A DNA stretch of 62,956 nucleotides, the filler included, from Octopus bimaculoides (lineage: Eukaryota), in assembly GCF_001194135.2 (NCBI RefSeq). It is 5 parts of 5 records of this genome, joined end to end, with 100 filler letters (N's around TTAATTAATTAA, not from the genome) between each part and the next. Parts side by side here need not be neighbours in the genome. Positions count along the whole stretch, not along the records: positions 35,077 to 57,943 come from NC_068982.1; 4 more parts are not named here. One strand, given 5' to 3'. The notes under the pieces were generated by a model. That model had not been told where the DNA came from. It was given only the letters and a program-made list of their open reading frames with translations, and ran no database searches. The position numbers and the translations under genes are program-made. Shown in pieces: positions 37,172-51,519 of the stretch (the first letter of the stretch is position 1; each line of letters opens with the position of its first letter).

Positions 37172-38038
37172 CTGCCACAGAAACATACACATAAACACAC
37201 CACACTCACACACATACACACACATACACACAAGCACACACGCACACACACCAATACACATATTTGAATATATTTGTGCATATGCAGATACACACACATA
37301 TTTATACACATAAAAGGATATATAGATACAAATGAGAATATATATATAGAAGTATGTATGTATGTGTGTGTCTCTGTGTGTATGCAAGCATTCATCTGCG
37401 CGAGCGCGTCTGTGTATGTGTGTGTGAGCGTGTCTATGTGCATTACGATGTCTCTCGTTACAGACTTTGATTATGCAGAATAAAATGCGTTACGTAGATT
37501 CATCTGGTTTTAGCATTCCGATATCAAAACCTGCTGATATCAGCTTTGCATTTCATCCGTTCGGTTTATTTTTTTTTAATGAATTATTTGATTATTCGCT
37601 TGTTTTCCAAATATTGTATTTCATATTCTGAAAAAACTCATTGTGTATATTTTACACTATTTACATTTACACAAGCATCTTCTGCACAGGAAATATTTCT
37701 ATTACTCAATTCATATTCATCATTAATTATTTTTTCTATCTGTCCATTTAAAATTTCTCTAGCCGGCAAACATCCTCACTCATATTGGATCTCTTCTTTT
37801 GCCGTTAGCATCAGACAATTTGATATTGCCTATTATTTATCGTGATAAGAAAAGTTGCCCAAAAGGAAATTGTAGTCTTTTAAAGTTAATGGCATATCAG
37901 TGTTAGATGATTGAAGAGAAATCTATGATACCTTTAGAACCCTTCCATTTCAAATCTGTTAATTTGACTGGGGGTTGGTAAAATGAAACAAATGTTAACG
38001 AAAACGTGTATACATATATATATATATATATATATATC

Positions 38039-38076
<38 letters not shown>

Positions 38077-40027
38077 CGTGTTCGTGTGTGTGTGTGGGAG
38101 AGAGAGAGAGAGAGAGATAGTGAGTAAGAGTATTAAAAGTGCTACCGACTGTTTTGTGTAAGATATACTTTACGATTATTCAAGGGTATGACATGGGAAA
38201 GTTGGTACACTTCACGAATTCGAGTTAGAATATTTGAAGTTACACATAGGTATATGACGATGTTGCTTACATATAACAAAATTAGGAAGAAGATAACTAT
38301 TTAAGGTCATTAAAAATATTCACCAATAATTAAAAATTTTCTCTTGGGGGAAGATAAAGGTGGAAAATTAAGTATATGAATATGTAGCCATTTCAAAGCA
38401 GATGAGCTAATGGTAAGACATTAAGATTTCATTAGTACAAGGTAATTTATTTATCGAGGGCTATTTACATCTGAGCATTGTAGCAAGAAAATAGACATTT
38501 CAAGACAGTGTGTCATGTTTAAGAAATTCGCTTTGCAATCACAATGTTTTGGTTTCACTCACAATGGCTAGGTAATTTTCTTCAACTTTAGCCCAATGTT
38601 GATCTATGCCTTGTGAATGAATTTGGTAGACGGAAACTATTTGGAATTCTATGGTATACATGCATGTGTTTCTGTCTTTTTGTTTTCTTGAATTTTCTTT
38701 TTGTCCCACCATTACTTGAGAATTGTGCTTCTTTTTGTATTCTTCTTTACTATAAGTTCCAAATTTCAAAATCTCAAAGTGCTTCACAAGTATGGCTTCT
38801 GTTCAAACGAATAAAATGTAAAAGATTAAAGTGTCATTAATGAAAAAGTACAAACGATTTTTCGCCAGAATAATTGGCTTATAAATATAAACATTATATG
38901 AGCTTCAATCTATCAGATCAGAGTTTGTGTATAGTATTCAGTATTTCACACCCTTTCTCATTTATCTAAATCCACATCCTATCTACATTTGAATTATATG
39001 CGTAGATTATTTCATCCTCAACAATGTATTGCCTAAACTTTGTTCTCAGCTATTTTTCTATGTGCAAACATATTAAGCAAACCTGTCTCACCTTTGTTTT
39101 ACCACCGAATTTTTGGGAAAGATCTAATGTATCCCTTGCATTAACAGTGAGGTATTGAGAGATATTAATTTTTATGATCTTTTTTCCCCGTTTTCTGTTA
39201 GCATCACGGTTATATGCCTTTGGCATTGCATTTAATTTCTATAATCAAGGTGTAAATTTTAATAAATAAAGATTTTTTTCTCTTTGTACAGCATTCACTA
39301 TGTCATTCGTTCGTAGTTAGATTAAATTTGTTAGTTAGAGGTGTGAGTTCTTTCTCTTAGCTCAATTCACTATGTGCTTTTATTTCACAAGCAAGCTTTG
39401 CCGCTTCTCATCGTATTGATGCTGCACACAGGAATACATACATTTAATTAGTTATCACCAAACAAGTTTGGGTATGTATGAATACAATAACTTTGTCTGC
39501 AGTTTCCTACCCAATCCACCGCTTATTGATTGCATAAACATCATTATTTACCATTTCACAGGAAATCATCAGCGTTTTTTTTCTCCCTTTCCATCATTTC
39601 ATTCCTGTAAACATGAAGATGCCTAGTCCGAATTGTATAGAAGCAATCACATAATTTGCGAAACAGTGATTATAACCAATGATATTAAATAAACGTACCC
39701 TATGCAGAGACAGACGTTTACAATTTGGTGCACATTCAAGACGAAATGCAAAGAGATTCGTAGCATACGAAACAAAGGACGCGTAATTTCTTTTCAGTAC
39801 GTCGCCTACAGAATGGCAGACCTAGAATCTATTTCGCGTGTGTATATTCTTTAACATTTATACAATTTAACATGTACTGCCTTCATGTCAGGTGTCGCAG
39901 AAATATCAAAATATACCTATAACACACGCAAACAACCACATACACATATGCATTCACACACATGCTTACATACATAAATGCATGCATCATGTGTGTAAGT
40001 ATATGTGTGTGTGAGTGTGTGTGTATG

Positions 40028-40111
<84 letters not shown>

Positions 40112-40719
40112 CGCTTTGAAATATTTGAAATTTTCCTCTGAGAACAGAGCTGCTTTCTAATGAAGATACGAAACTCCATTACTGATATATAGTTTGAGAA
40201 AATCATATTTTAAACTTTAGAAATGTCTTGCATATATTTAGTGTTACATTTACAGATTGTATTTCTATTATACGAGTTGGCTGATTTTGTCTTTTGAAAA
40301 ACCTACCTTATTCAGATTGTCGCTTGGGCGTTTACTCAAAAAACAAAGTACACCAATTATTATTAGTATAATTATAAATTTATAATCCGGATCTAGAAAC
40401 TGGAGGTTTAGAATCAGTTGCCCATAGTTATCATCTTTCTATTTAATATTCAAAGACGTTTTCACATTATAGCTCAGCAGACTTCTCAACGAAAAGTTAT
40501 GTTTCTATATGAAGGCAGCAATGTTTACACTTGACATATGTTTCGATGGGAGCGTTTCACCGTTTCTTGAGCTGATGTTTGTGTATGTATGTATGAATAT
40601 ATGTATGTATGTATGTATGTATGTACGTATGTATATATGTACGTATATATCTATGTATGTATGCATGTATATATACATGTGTCATTATCATTATACAGTA
40701 GTTTTATTTTTATAACGTG

Positions 40720-41058
40720 CTTTCACTTCACTACCGAGTACAGCTCTGTGTGCCTTAGGTATGTGCTGGGGTTTGCTGTGATGCTCTTATGGTTACTGTC
40801 TTGAAAGTGTTTTATGTAGGATGTGTGCAGTGCCCAATAGTGCAATGTTCTGTATGTTATATATACTTGTAAGTCCTGGTGTTTTTGTTATGTATTTGTC
40901 TGTATATTTTTTTAATCATACCTATGGCGCCTACTATGATAGGAATTGTTTCTGTTTTTAGATTCCACATTCGCGTTACCTCTATGTCATGACCTCTGAC
41001 AACTATATATGGCCTATTGTCCTTAATATCTCTATCTGTATGCATTGGCATATCCCAG

Positions 41059-41062
<4 letters not shown>
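40720..41062 (-). mobile_element. R4/Dong-clade element, 3' end (endonuclease remnant and 3' UTR)
   Basis: IKDNRPYIVV...IEVTRMWNLKTETIPIIVGAIGMIKK then LQNIALLGTAHILHKTLS; flanked by (TAA)n at 41062-41100. Confidence 0.85.
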
Positions 41063-41097
<35 letters not shown>

Positions 41098-42157
41098 GTT
41101 ATTAGCGTTACTTTATTTTACATTTGATCCTATACTATTTGGTACGACAGAGTTAGTGCCTGAATAATTGGAAACACTGTACACGTACACACTCCATTAA
41201 CCGTTTCTACTCAACGGCCTGATACCATTTACTGGTGAGGGATAGAATCACCTTCGTAGCACTGCCTGGAACAGAGCTGCTGACAATTTCAGCAATAGAG
41301 AGGAGGCCCCAGCCTCATTTTATTTTTTATGTGGAAATTTTCATTTGGGTTAACTCAACCACGGAGCCGTCAAATACAAGAGTAAAATTTGGGAAAATTC
41401 TTTCAACATTCAGTTAAAACAGGGAACGTTGCTTTGTAGCACGCTAATTCCTAGCTTAACAACTGTTTCGACCACTTTCAAATAATCCATTACTTTTCTG
41501 ATTGCAAAAATATTTCTACCGTATGAACAAACAAATCTGTATAAAAAATGTAAACAATCCTATAAGTGCTAACATTATTAAATTTATAACGAACCAGAAA
41601 TATTGTAGAGGTTCATGCTCATTCACCTCCGACATCATTATATCCTTACTGTTGTCGCGAGTGATTATGTTAATGGAGGACGCTGGGTTCTTGTACATAT
41701 GAATGTATATGGAATTGTTCCGTTCATTTTCGAGCCGAATATGAAATACACCTTCCCAAATATATTATATACAGCTCGTAGATTTTACCGCTCGGTAACT
41801 GGATTCATCTAGAGCTTGATGCATTGAGATCTTCGCTTTATCATCAGCTGAAGTAACACAAACATTATAGTGTAGGTTGTAATCAATATTCACGGATCAA
41901 TATCTGAAATTACATACTACAACCACTGAGGATATAGGCCTTGCTAATCTACGCAGTTGACAGTAAGAGTTTTCTTAGTATTGAAATGTTGAAATGTACA
42001 AACGTATGGTAGCACATGTTGTTCGGTTCTCTGAAGGGATTTAGTAGGATATCAAGCTAAACAGAAAACAAAAACAAACGGATATGATAATTAGCTTTGC
42101 GTACATCGTACTATCTCTCACATTTGCTTTGCGCATTCTAATAATCAAATGCATGTT

Positions 42158-43052
42158 CGATGTGGTATCAAATTTCCCGGTCTAGTTATGTTTGATAAAA
42201 AATAACGTATTTATCTTGATTTTAACATCATCTCCTTCGGAATAGTTACTTTGTGCAGCAATACACCGGTCCCAATGTTCCTGCTACTTTTGGAATCCGG
42301 GCGGTAAGCCGCTTTTCGTAAGCGAGTTGAAGATCTTCTATGATTCGCTTTGGATCTCGACAACAGTTTTAAACAGCGAACTTTGAACAGCTGTTGGGAA
42401 GAGATGGAGGTCGGCAGGTGCTAAATCTGGCGAATGGAGCTGATGCGGAAGCGATACTATGCTGTTTTTGTCGAGAAACTCACAAGAGAAGAGAGCCTTG
42501 TGAAGAATCCAATTATTCCCGCTTCAAAGATCTTGTCGCTTTCGCCGAATTTCCACCCTGAATCGCTTAAAGATGTCGCAGTGGAACTGTCGATTGACGG
42601 TCTGGCCCTGGCGGTGGGGAAATTCTAAATGCACAGCACCATATTGCCGGGCCTGACACTTGTAGCAGGTCTTCCAGATTACTCGTCGTCTTCCAGGGAC
42701 GTTCTTCCAATTTGAAGTAACTTAGTCACTCGAAACATTGCGTATAACCCATTGTCTTGTTGCCGTAAGTTTACTGAAGTAGGTTCAATATCACTTTCCA
42801 AGTTTAATGCAAAATTTCACGGCGGCTCTTTTTCCCTGTCTATGGCAAGAGAGCCAACGCAGTCCACAGCATATACATGATCACAAACGCACAAATTTCA
42901 CAACCTGCAAAATAAACAGAGCAATGTCTCTCGGTGTACTGCCTCATGAAGGTCACTGCTAGATTTCATTATGCACGCGACCATGTGCTGCCATCTGTTG
43001 GTACGCTACAGAACTAGTCTAGGATACTTTATTATACAGACGTTTTTATTTT
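42158..43052 (-). mobile_element. Mariner-like DNA transposon, internally deleted and decayed
   Basis: Remnants RAAVKFCIKLGK, GRTSLEDDE*SGRPATSV and terminal FQK*QEHWDRCIAAQSNYSEG; degenerate terminal inverted repeats. Confidence 0.8.
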
Positions 43053-43739
43053 AAATGAGAAAACATACATAGATGTCGAAAGTTCCGATGAATAGTAATG
43101 TTTGTAGAGTATATATCAATATATATATTAAAACAGTATATCATTTCAATTTAGGAAATACATGATATATTACATAAACAACAAGAATAAGAACAATAAT
43201 GCAGGTCTCATACTATAATGAAATACGTGTAACAGATTAAAAAATGTATAGAATTGTCCATTTTTTGTTTTGCTCTGTGTGTGTGTTTGAGCATAGGCAT
43301 ATATGTACATATATATGTATGTATGTGTGTATGTATGTATGTGTATGTATGTACGTACGGCTGTATGTTTGTATGTATGTAAATATATATGTGTCTTGTA
43401 AATAGAAGAAAAAATGCGTGGAGAATGTTATCGTGGAAAAATAAGGCAATATTTTAACACTGTTACCGGAACAGTCTATCGGTTTCGATCGCTTTAAGAA
43501 GACGATCTAATCATGGTGAAAGAAAATAGGAAAAAAATGAACAAAATATAATGAAACAAGATATTCATAATTTTTTTTTAAATTTCAGAGGGTTTTTTTT
43601 TTCATTAATAAGATCAGCAGTGGACAGCAGTAGTGGTTCGCTAGTGAAAGTAATAGGAGATAGGGCTCAGTAATATATATTCATTTTAGCTTATTTTAAC
43701 AAGGGATTTGGCGCACGTGTTAGGGAAAGGCGTCACACG

Positions 43740-43975
43740 TCACGCGTCAGAATGGCAGGTCTGCGTTGGCTTTTTTGTCATGGACAGGGACAAAGGGCCA
43801 CCGTAAAATTTTGCATTAAACATGGAAAGTGATATTGAACCTACTTTGGCAAACTTACGACAACAACATGATAGGTTATATGCAATATTTTGAGTGGCTA
43901 AGGTACTTCAAATTGGAAGAATGTCCCTGTAAGACGATGAGTGATCTGAAAGAGCTGCTACGAGCGTCACACCCG
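43740..43975 (+). mobile_element. Mariner 5' fragment, inverted relative to 42158-43052
   Basis: About 85% identical by eye to the reverse complement of ~42655-42850 (RATVKFCIKHGK...DDE...AATSV). Confidence 0.75.
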
Positions 43976-45845
43976 CAATGTGGTACTGTGCACACACAAA
44001 CAAACAGACCCACAAACATATACACGTATTTTTTTTTTGTCCTTTGGTTACTAATACACACAACTCACAAGAATATCAGGTATGTCTAATTTGTCGTGCC
44101 TTGATGAGGGATTGGAAATCTTCTCCGTTATGTAATGCACTTTTAAAAAGTGCAGTACCTATGATACCAGAAGAATTCTCCATCGTAAAATAGAAATGGT
44201 TTTAGATGTGTGCGCAGTAGATAAAATTACACTACACTAGTTATATCAAACCTTGCGATTCAACAACGAACGTATGTATGTTTAGAAATATTACTCCTGT
44301 TTCCATTTGTTCAATTTCTGGTTTTGTCTTCCTCTAATATGTGTGACTTGAATAACGTTGCACAAGCACATGTGAAGTGGAGAATTAAGGTATTGCGAGC
44401 GAAATACGAATTAGGATTTTAGTGTAACAATAAACTGGGGATTAGATCATAATATAAGAGTTTAAATTATAAATATTCATTGTACGTCTTAACTAAATTC
44501 ACATTGTGAAGCATATCTATAGTTACCTCATGAAATTAGCAATAAGGGTTAATTTACTGAGATAATATCTCACATATGTAACAAATTTACATAAATTCAC
44601 CTGTAACACGGGCTGTACTATATTACTTGGAATATTAATGAATAATTCTATACACACATGTGCAAAACATTTTATGGTTCGTATGTACTTCTTACTTGGA
44701 ATATAAAATAGAATGGTTCAAATAATAATACTTACTCAACGCGTTAGGTTTCTCAGGAGCTTTGTTCCTTGCTCTCCCCAAATTATCGCTTAATGTATGA
44801 CTACTTATTAAACATTAAACTCTTTTGAGAGTTATAAACTTTCCTTCAACATTTATTACCTGTGATTTCAATAGTCGAAAGTACTTATTTTTCATAAAAC
44901 ATACAACGGGATTATATTGATTTATATATGCAGTATATTACTGCAACATAGTAAAAATACGGTTTCTACTTACATTTACCTACACAGACACCCCACCTTC
45001 TAACTTGTAGCTCACCTTTCAAAATATATTTATTGTCGTTCTCATGTCAAAATTGTTTTATACTTTTGTTCGACAATAATTCATAAAATAGAGAGGTCGA
45101 ATCTAGGTATAATCGTCTAGAAGATGCTGTTTCAAATGATTTATTGGTAAAAGGTTAAATATACTTACTCTTTATCATTTTTTTAATTTCTTGTTTGTGA
45201 TTTGTTTCCATTACACGTTTGTTGTTGCGCAAAATATATTTTGCTTCAATAATGAACTGTAGTTGTAAAGTTTATTTTTCTTTTTTTTCCTCTTCTCAGT
45301 CAATAAAGAATCTTTTTACTTTTCTTTTTAATCAGATGGAGTCTGTAAGCAATCTATTTAACTGTGTTTTCTTACAATTCACAACTTTAGTCATGTCTAA
45401 AGAGCTGCTTGATAAATCTTACGTCTAGCTGAGTATATGCCAAATATATGTCCTTGAAAACAACAACAAAAATACAAATAAGACAAAATAGATTGTTGCT
45501 GCAATAATCTCATAAAAAAATTGAAGACAAGTATTTTTTTCTTTAAATCTAGAGGGAAATAAAATTAAATTTACACTATATGTGTTTGACGTTTTCTAAT
45601 GACTCTAATTATTACTGTCACGTTCTGTATTAGAATGGGTGACATACTTTATATGCATTCAAGTAGCTAATACACCATTAACGTAGACTATTTCACCAAA
45701 TTATTATATTCATGAATATTATACAGTCAGAAGTCTCTACAATAGCCAACACAATGATTATAATACATACATGCGTGCATGTGTACGTACATGCATACAT
45801 ACTTACTTACACACATACATACATCTCCCTGACGTCTTCTCTCTG

Positions 45846-45899
<54 letters not shown>

Positions 45900-47251
45900 T
45901 ATATATATATATATATGCACGTGTGTGTGTACATAGACACACACGTGCTGGTATTGGGAAGCATTTACATACAGACATTAAGACATCTATGTCAGCACAC
46001 ACATATATAAATCAGAACCATTGCAACGGTACAGATATGCGTGTATGTGTCTATATTTCTAACACAATTTGCAGGGGTTTGCGTGTGCCTACGCAATAAA
46101 GGGATAAATGGTTGAGATTTAGCTTTCGTTTTCTAGAGACGTATTACAAAGAAAAGTAATTGAGAAACACACACAGATGCACACACACATACACAAATAC
46201 AGATCTCATGTTATCAGCGTTCGACGTATGAAATATAAGAACACTGAATTCTAGAAAATTACTATTTGTAATTCTCCGGCGAAATGAAATCTAAACATTA
46301 AAATGGGGCGGAGTGGCACAATGAGGAGTTTTTACCATATTTGTTACTTTGAGAAAATATATATAATTTTAAAATGTTCACTACCTTAAACAAACTATAT
46401 CAGCTAAGTAAATGATCGCTAATGCATTAAAAACCGCTATAACATATTCAAAATTGTATTTCCGAAAATTATCCCCGTTATCTTTGAACATAAAAAACAC
46501 AAATTTAGTATCGTCCAAATAGGTGATCCAAGATAAGGCAAGTTTGCATCTTCAGTTCTTCAGAATTACATTTTAAAACAGACGCACACGCATCAATATC
46601 CATCCTTAGACATCAGAAAGATCACAAATGCAACATACATTTAAAATATCTAAGTCAAACTGAAAGAAGACCATGGGGCAATGGTACAAGATACGAAATT
46701 GACGAAAATTGACTAAATAAAAAAAATCAACATAAAATATTTTATAAAGCTTCTTCAGTATCTGCTTACACATCATGAACTTTAAAAAGAAAACAAATGA
46801 TATTAGGCATTGCTCATTTGACCCAATTTTACACATCAGTTTTTGAATTTATAAAATTAACGAACTATGCAATAGTATGGGAAAAAATCTGACTTGAACC
46901 CAATAGAGTAAAGAACATTGATTTTTGAACACGAAAAATTATCCAGGTATTATATCAGCAACCTCAATTACAATCAGGTTCAAAGTTGAATGAAACGTTC
47001 TTGAAAAGAAATTATCTGTCAGCTGACTATGCCCCAAGGTCTCTAAACTTTAGAAACACCAACGATGCTCACCACTTTTTACTTTTAAGGATGATGCAAC
47101 AATAAAAATGATGAAGCAATACTTGCAATGTAATGATTTCAAACATATAAGGAGAAAATAACAAGAAATAGAAAATTACTCATCTCCGAAATCTGATTGT
47201 TTCAGTTAGTGGAATAACGTGTATATATACATCTATATGTATACATATACA

Positions 47252-47308
<57 letters not shown>

Positions 47309-47479
47309 NNNNNNNNNNNNNNNNNNNNNNNNNNNNNNNNNNNNNNNNNNNNNNNNNNNNNNTAGTTTCATTTTTAAAGTGAAAGTATTTGACATGAGTG
47401 TTTTTGTTTCACTTTTGACACGTAATACTTAAATAGTGGAGGAGATATTATGTTGCCGTGGGCTCGAACTCTGCAAGAA

Positions 47480-47660
47480 GTTAAAAGTTTTTTTTTGACT
47501 AAAACACAACTGGAACCCTAAGTAAGGCATCTGTAAAATTTGAATGAAATTGGTTGCGTAGTTCTCTAGTTTTAGGGATTCACACAGACAGACAGACAGA
47601 CAGACAGACACACACACACACACACACACACACACATTCTCATTTATATATATATATAGA
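47480..47660 (+). mobile_element. Helentron-associated (DINE-1/HINE-like) element 3' part; similar remnant at ~4750-4945
   Basis: ...aaatttgaatgaaattggttgcgtagttctctagtttt...(ACAG)n(AC)n...catttatatatatagat architecture typical of these non-autonomous elements. Confidence 0.45.
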
Positions 47661-48943
47661 TTATTAGTGGTCATTATTTTTATATAAGTGGAAAAAATGA
47701 ACATTTGATTCAGAGAAGTTGTTATCATAGTTTCCTCCACACCCGTAGTCTCCTGTTTATAAGTAGGTTGAAATGCAAACTAAAGGCACATATACAGATA
47801 CGAATTTCGGTAAATAGGCAAATGATCTAAAAGGAGGCATCGAAACATTCTGTTTGGATTAACAAGCCACTAAATTATATTAGCGAACAATAACGTCTTC
47901 ATTTCATACCCTTTCTTTGAATTTATGTCTAGATTATAGTAGGCTCTCTAATGATTTGTGTTCTTTCTTAATTTGGAAGTACTTATGTAGCTGCTGATAT
48001 GAAGACGCCATTTTATGAAAGTATTTATATTTATCTTTTATATTGCGTTTTCATTAATATGTTTACTTTAAGTTTGACTTAGAAACGGAGACAGCTCAGA
48101 CACATGTAGGTTTATCTGTGGATTGCTTTCTTTGTATTCATTAATGTTATCAAAGGTGTCCTACGAGGTGGAACTCAACATTGTCACTCATCTTTCAGGG
48201 TTGATACAATAAATCATGAGTTAGATATAGTCCGATGCTATCGCCTACTCGCATCGACGCAATTGTACCTAAATCAGAAACAGTTGTTAAGGTTTTATTA
48301 ACACATTCCTCAAAAAACTCTATAGTTAATACATACACATATACATCTTTATACACACACATACACACTTGCACCTATATGCTCATGGACACACGCTTAT
48401 CCATCAATCCTTCATTTTCTTGCCCACTATTCATATGGGTAGAGTCCTCAGACAAAGCACCCATAAAGTTTTATTAGAAGCGATCTTCATTAGACACACT
48501 GCCTGCATTCCGAGGCGTGATCAACATAGATTATGCATTTTATTCAACCTCTCGCGCCGGGTTTACACTAAAGTCTCCTGCCGGTTGGTTCAGTTTAAAA
48601 ATTCCGTCTGGTGATTATTTCCAGCAACATTTTAATCACAAGTTCCTAGTGCAGGAGCTGTGACCTCCCAATGCAGAGTAACAGGTCGACCGGGAGAGTT
48701 TCTCTGGCCTTCAATCTGCACACACACTCGAGTAACGTTGCAACAGAGATTCTATTATAGAACACCTTTCAGCTGCTTGATCGCATTTCTTTCGGCCTTC
48801 ACCCCAAATTTATGACTATAGGATAGGCATGATAACCGAATTGAAGAACTTGACATTTTTTTGCCAACATCGTGTCTTCTGAAATCAAATGTTGATACAA
48901 GAGAGAGAGAAAAAACGAGAGAGAGATAGAGGGAAAGAAAGAC

Positions 48944-48974
<31 letters not shown>

Positions 48975-49059
48975 AGGAGGGAGAGACTGATAGACAGACA
49001 AATGGATAAACAGACAGAGAAACAGACAAAAAGACAGACACACAAGAAGACAGACAGAC

Positions 49060-49130
<71 letters not shown>

Positions 49131-49181
49131 CAGGCATGCAGGCAGGCAGACAGACAGACAGAAAACAGATAGAAAGACAGC

Positions 49182-49219
<38 letters not shown>

Positions 49220-50572
49220 TATAGATAGATAGATAGATAGATAGATAGATGTATAGATACGTAGATAGATAGATAGATGTAGTAGATGGGTGAATGTGTT
49301 TGTGTAATTCAGTGTAGCCATTTTTGTTAATCATCCAATAATGAAAGGTTTCATGGAAAGAATATTCAAATATCTACTCGTCGAAGTATGTTTTGAAATT
49401 TTTCAAATAGTGAACACTTGATGGCATAAAAATAATTTGATGCGTTCCATTCATGACACACTACTAGTGGAAACTAAACAGTAGTAGGGAAATAACCGAG
49501 CTAATTATAGTATACATATATTCGCACACACACACAAACACACACACGTGCGTGTGCACGCACACATCTATATGATTATAAAGTTTGCTTATCTGTGTTT
49601 TATTCATTTTTCTTATTTAAGTGGACTCTATTATATGTTATTATTTTTCAAAAATTTTCACCATATATTTACAGACGTTACACAAATGGTTGTTTGCTTT
49701 ACTCATTTTTTTTTCCATGTAGGCGTTTTCAAGTGATCTTTGGGCAAGCATTATTTATGTTCATAATGCCACTTTAAAAACATCCGCATTGTAAAATTTC
49801 CTATATGTATATTTTTTTCATAAACGAATAAACATTATATTCTATAACTTAAATCTTTATTCTACGCTTTAGTTGGTTCTACTATTATAATGAATATACA
49901 ACACCATTTCATGAATTCAAGCTAATAATGAAATATGCTTTTACCAAACATGAAAGGGAATTGAATGTATACGTCAGAGGAATGAGTTTAGTAGTTCCTC
50001 CTTTCATCTAACTATATGCGTATACACACATGCAGACTCAAATACTATCTGAAATCAATTTTCAATTTTATTTCAATTATCGTTAATCTCTTTACATACA
50101 TAAACACATGCATACACAAGTTAATGTGTGTGCATATATATATAAACATATACACATATATATATATATGTATGTGTGTTTATATATATACATATGTTTG
50201 TATATATATGTATATGTATATATATATAAATATATATACACATGTACGCGTATATATGCGTGCATATATGTTTATATTATATATGTGCACGTATAAATGT
50301 GGGTGTTTGTGCGTGTACGTTTGTGTACACAATATTTATGTTACATTTCATATTTATTTCACTCTACATTTGTATAGTCTTCTATATCATAAAGTTTAAA
50401 CATTTAAGAACACTAGTGTTCTATATCCCCCATATATGTGCACATACACATACACGCACACATCGAGGAAATTTGAATAAAAGAAAGAGGTACACTTCCT
50501 TATACGCTATACTATAGTGATAATCTTTTGCTTTTGTTTATATGTATGCGCGTGCATGCCGACCGATCAAGC

Positions 50573-50637
<65 letters not shown>

Positions 50638-51042
50638 TGTGTGTGTGTGCGCGCGCGCGATGGACAACGAGCCATTGTTGCTTGTGTCGGCCTATTCAGT
50701 CAGACAAGCATCAAATATGAAATAATACGAACTTTCAGCAGCTGGTAGATATTATGATTCAGAAATAGTTTTGGAATATAGTTCGAAATAATGTCACACA
50801 TTTTCTTTTTGTTCCATAGATTCTCATTTTATCCATTTAAAATATTCTGGATTTGCTTGGTAGTGGTTGTGAAGTATTTTTTTCTGTTTCTTGCAATATT
50901 TATTGTAATCTATAAATCATGGCTGTAGGAGTTTGCGTGACACCTATAGCGTAAGCCAGTGGTCCCCGAGCCGTTGATTTAAATGAGTTTCCCCTCGGAC
51001 ACATTTTAATACACTTTTCCTTACACACGCACAGGCATATAT

Positions 51043-51077
<35 letters not shown>

Positions 51078-51519
51078 NNNNNNNNNNNNNNNNNNNNNNN
51101 NNNNNNNNNNNNNNNNNNNNNNNNNNNNNNNNNNNNNNNNNNNNNNNNNNNNNNNNNNNNNNNNNNNNNNNNNNNNNNNNNNNNNNNNNNNNNNNNNNNN
51201 NNNNNNNNNNNNNNNNNNNNNNNNNNNNNNNNNNNNNNNNNNNNNNNNNNNNNNNNNNNNNNNNNNNNNNNNNNNNNNNNNNNNNNNNNNNNNNNNNNNN
51301 NNNNNNNNNNNNNNNNNNNNNNNNNNNNNNNNNNNNNNNNNNNNNNNNNNNNNNNNNNNNNNNNNNNNNNNNNNNNNNNNNNNNNNNNNNNNNNNNNNNN
51401 NNNNNNNNNNNNNNNNNNNNNNNNNNNTGTGTGTGTGTGTGTGTACGTAGAGTTGGTCACAGGAGGAGGTATGGCTGTCTGGTAAGTAGCTTGCTTATCC
51501 ACCAGATCGTTCTGGGTTC

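Noticed and set aside
41615-41812. Plus ORF with YILTVVASD, reminiscent of a cadherin YxLxVxAxD motif
   Set aside because: No DRE, DxNDNxP or other cadherin motifs nearby, and a stop lies immediately upstream.
48755-49334. Long ORFs in the track (129-188 aa), and similar ones at 1392-2028, 7708-7929, 23688-24189, 35474-36869, 45712-46010, 50016-50748, 54914-55617 and 59429-59806
   Set aside because: Produced by stop-free microsatellites or N gaps; low-complexity translations.
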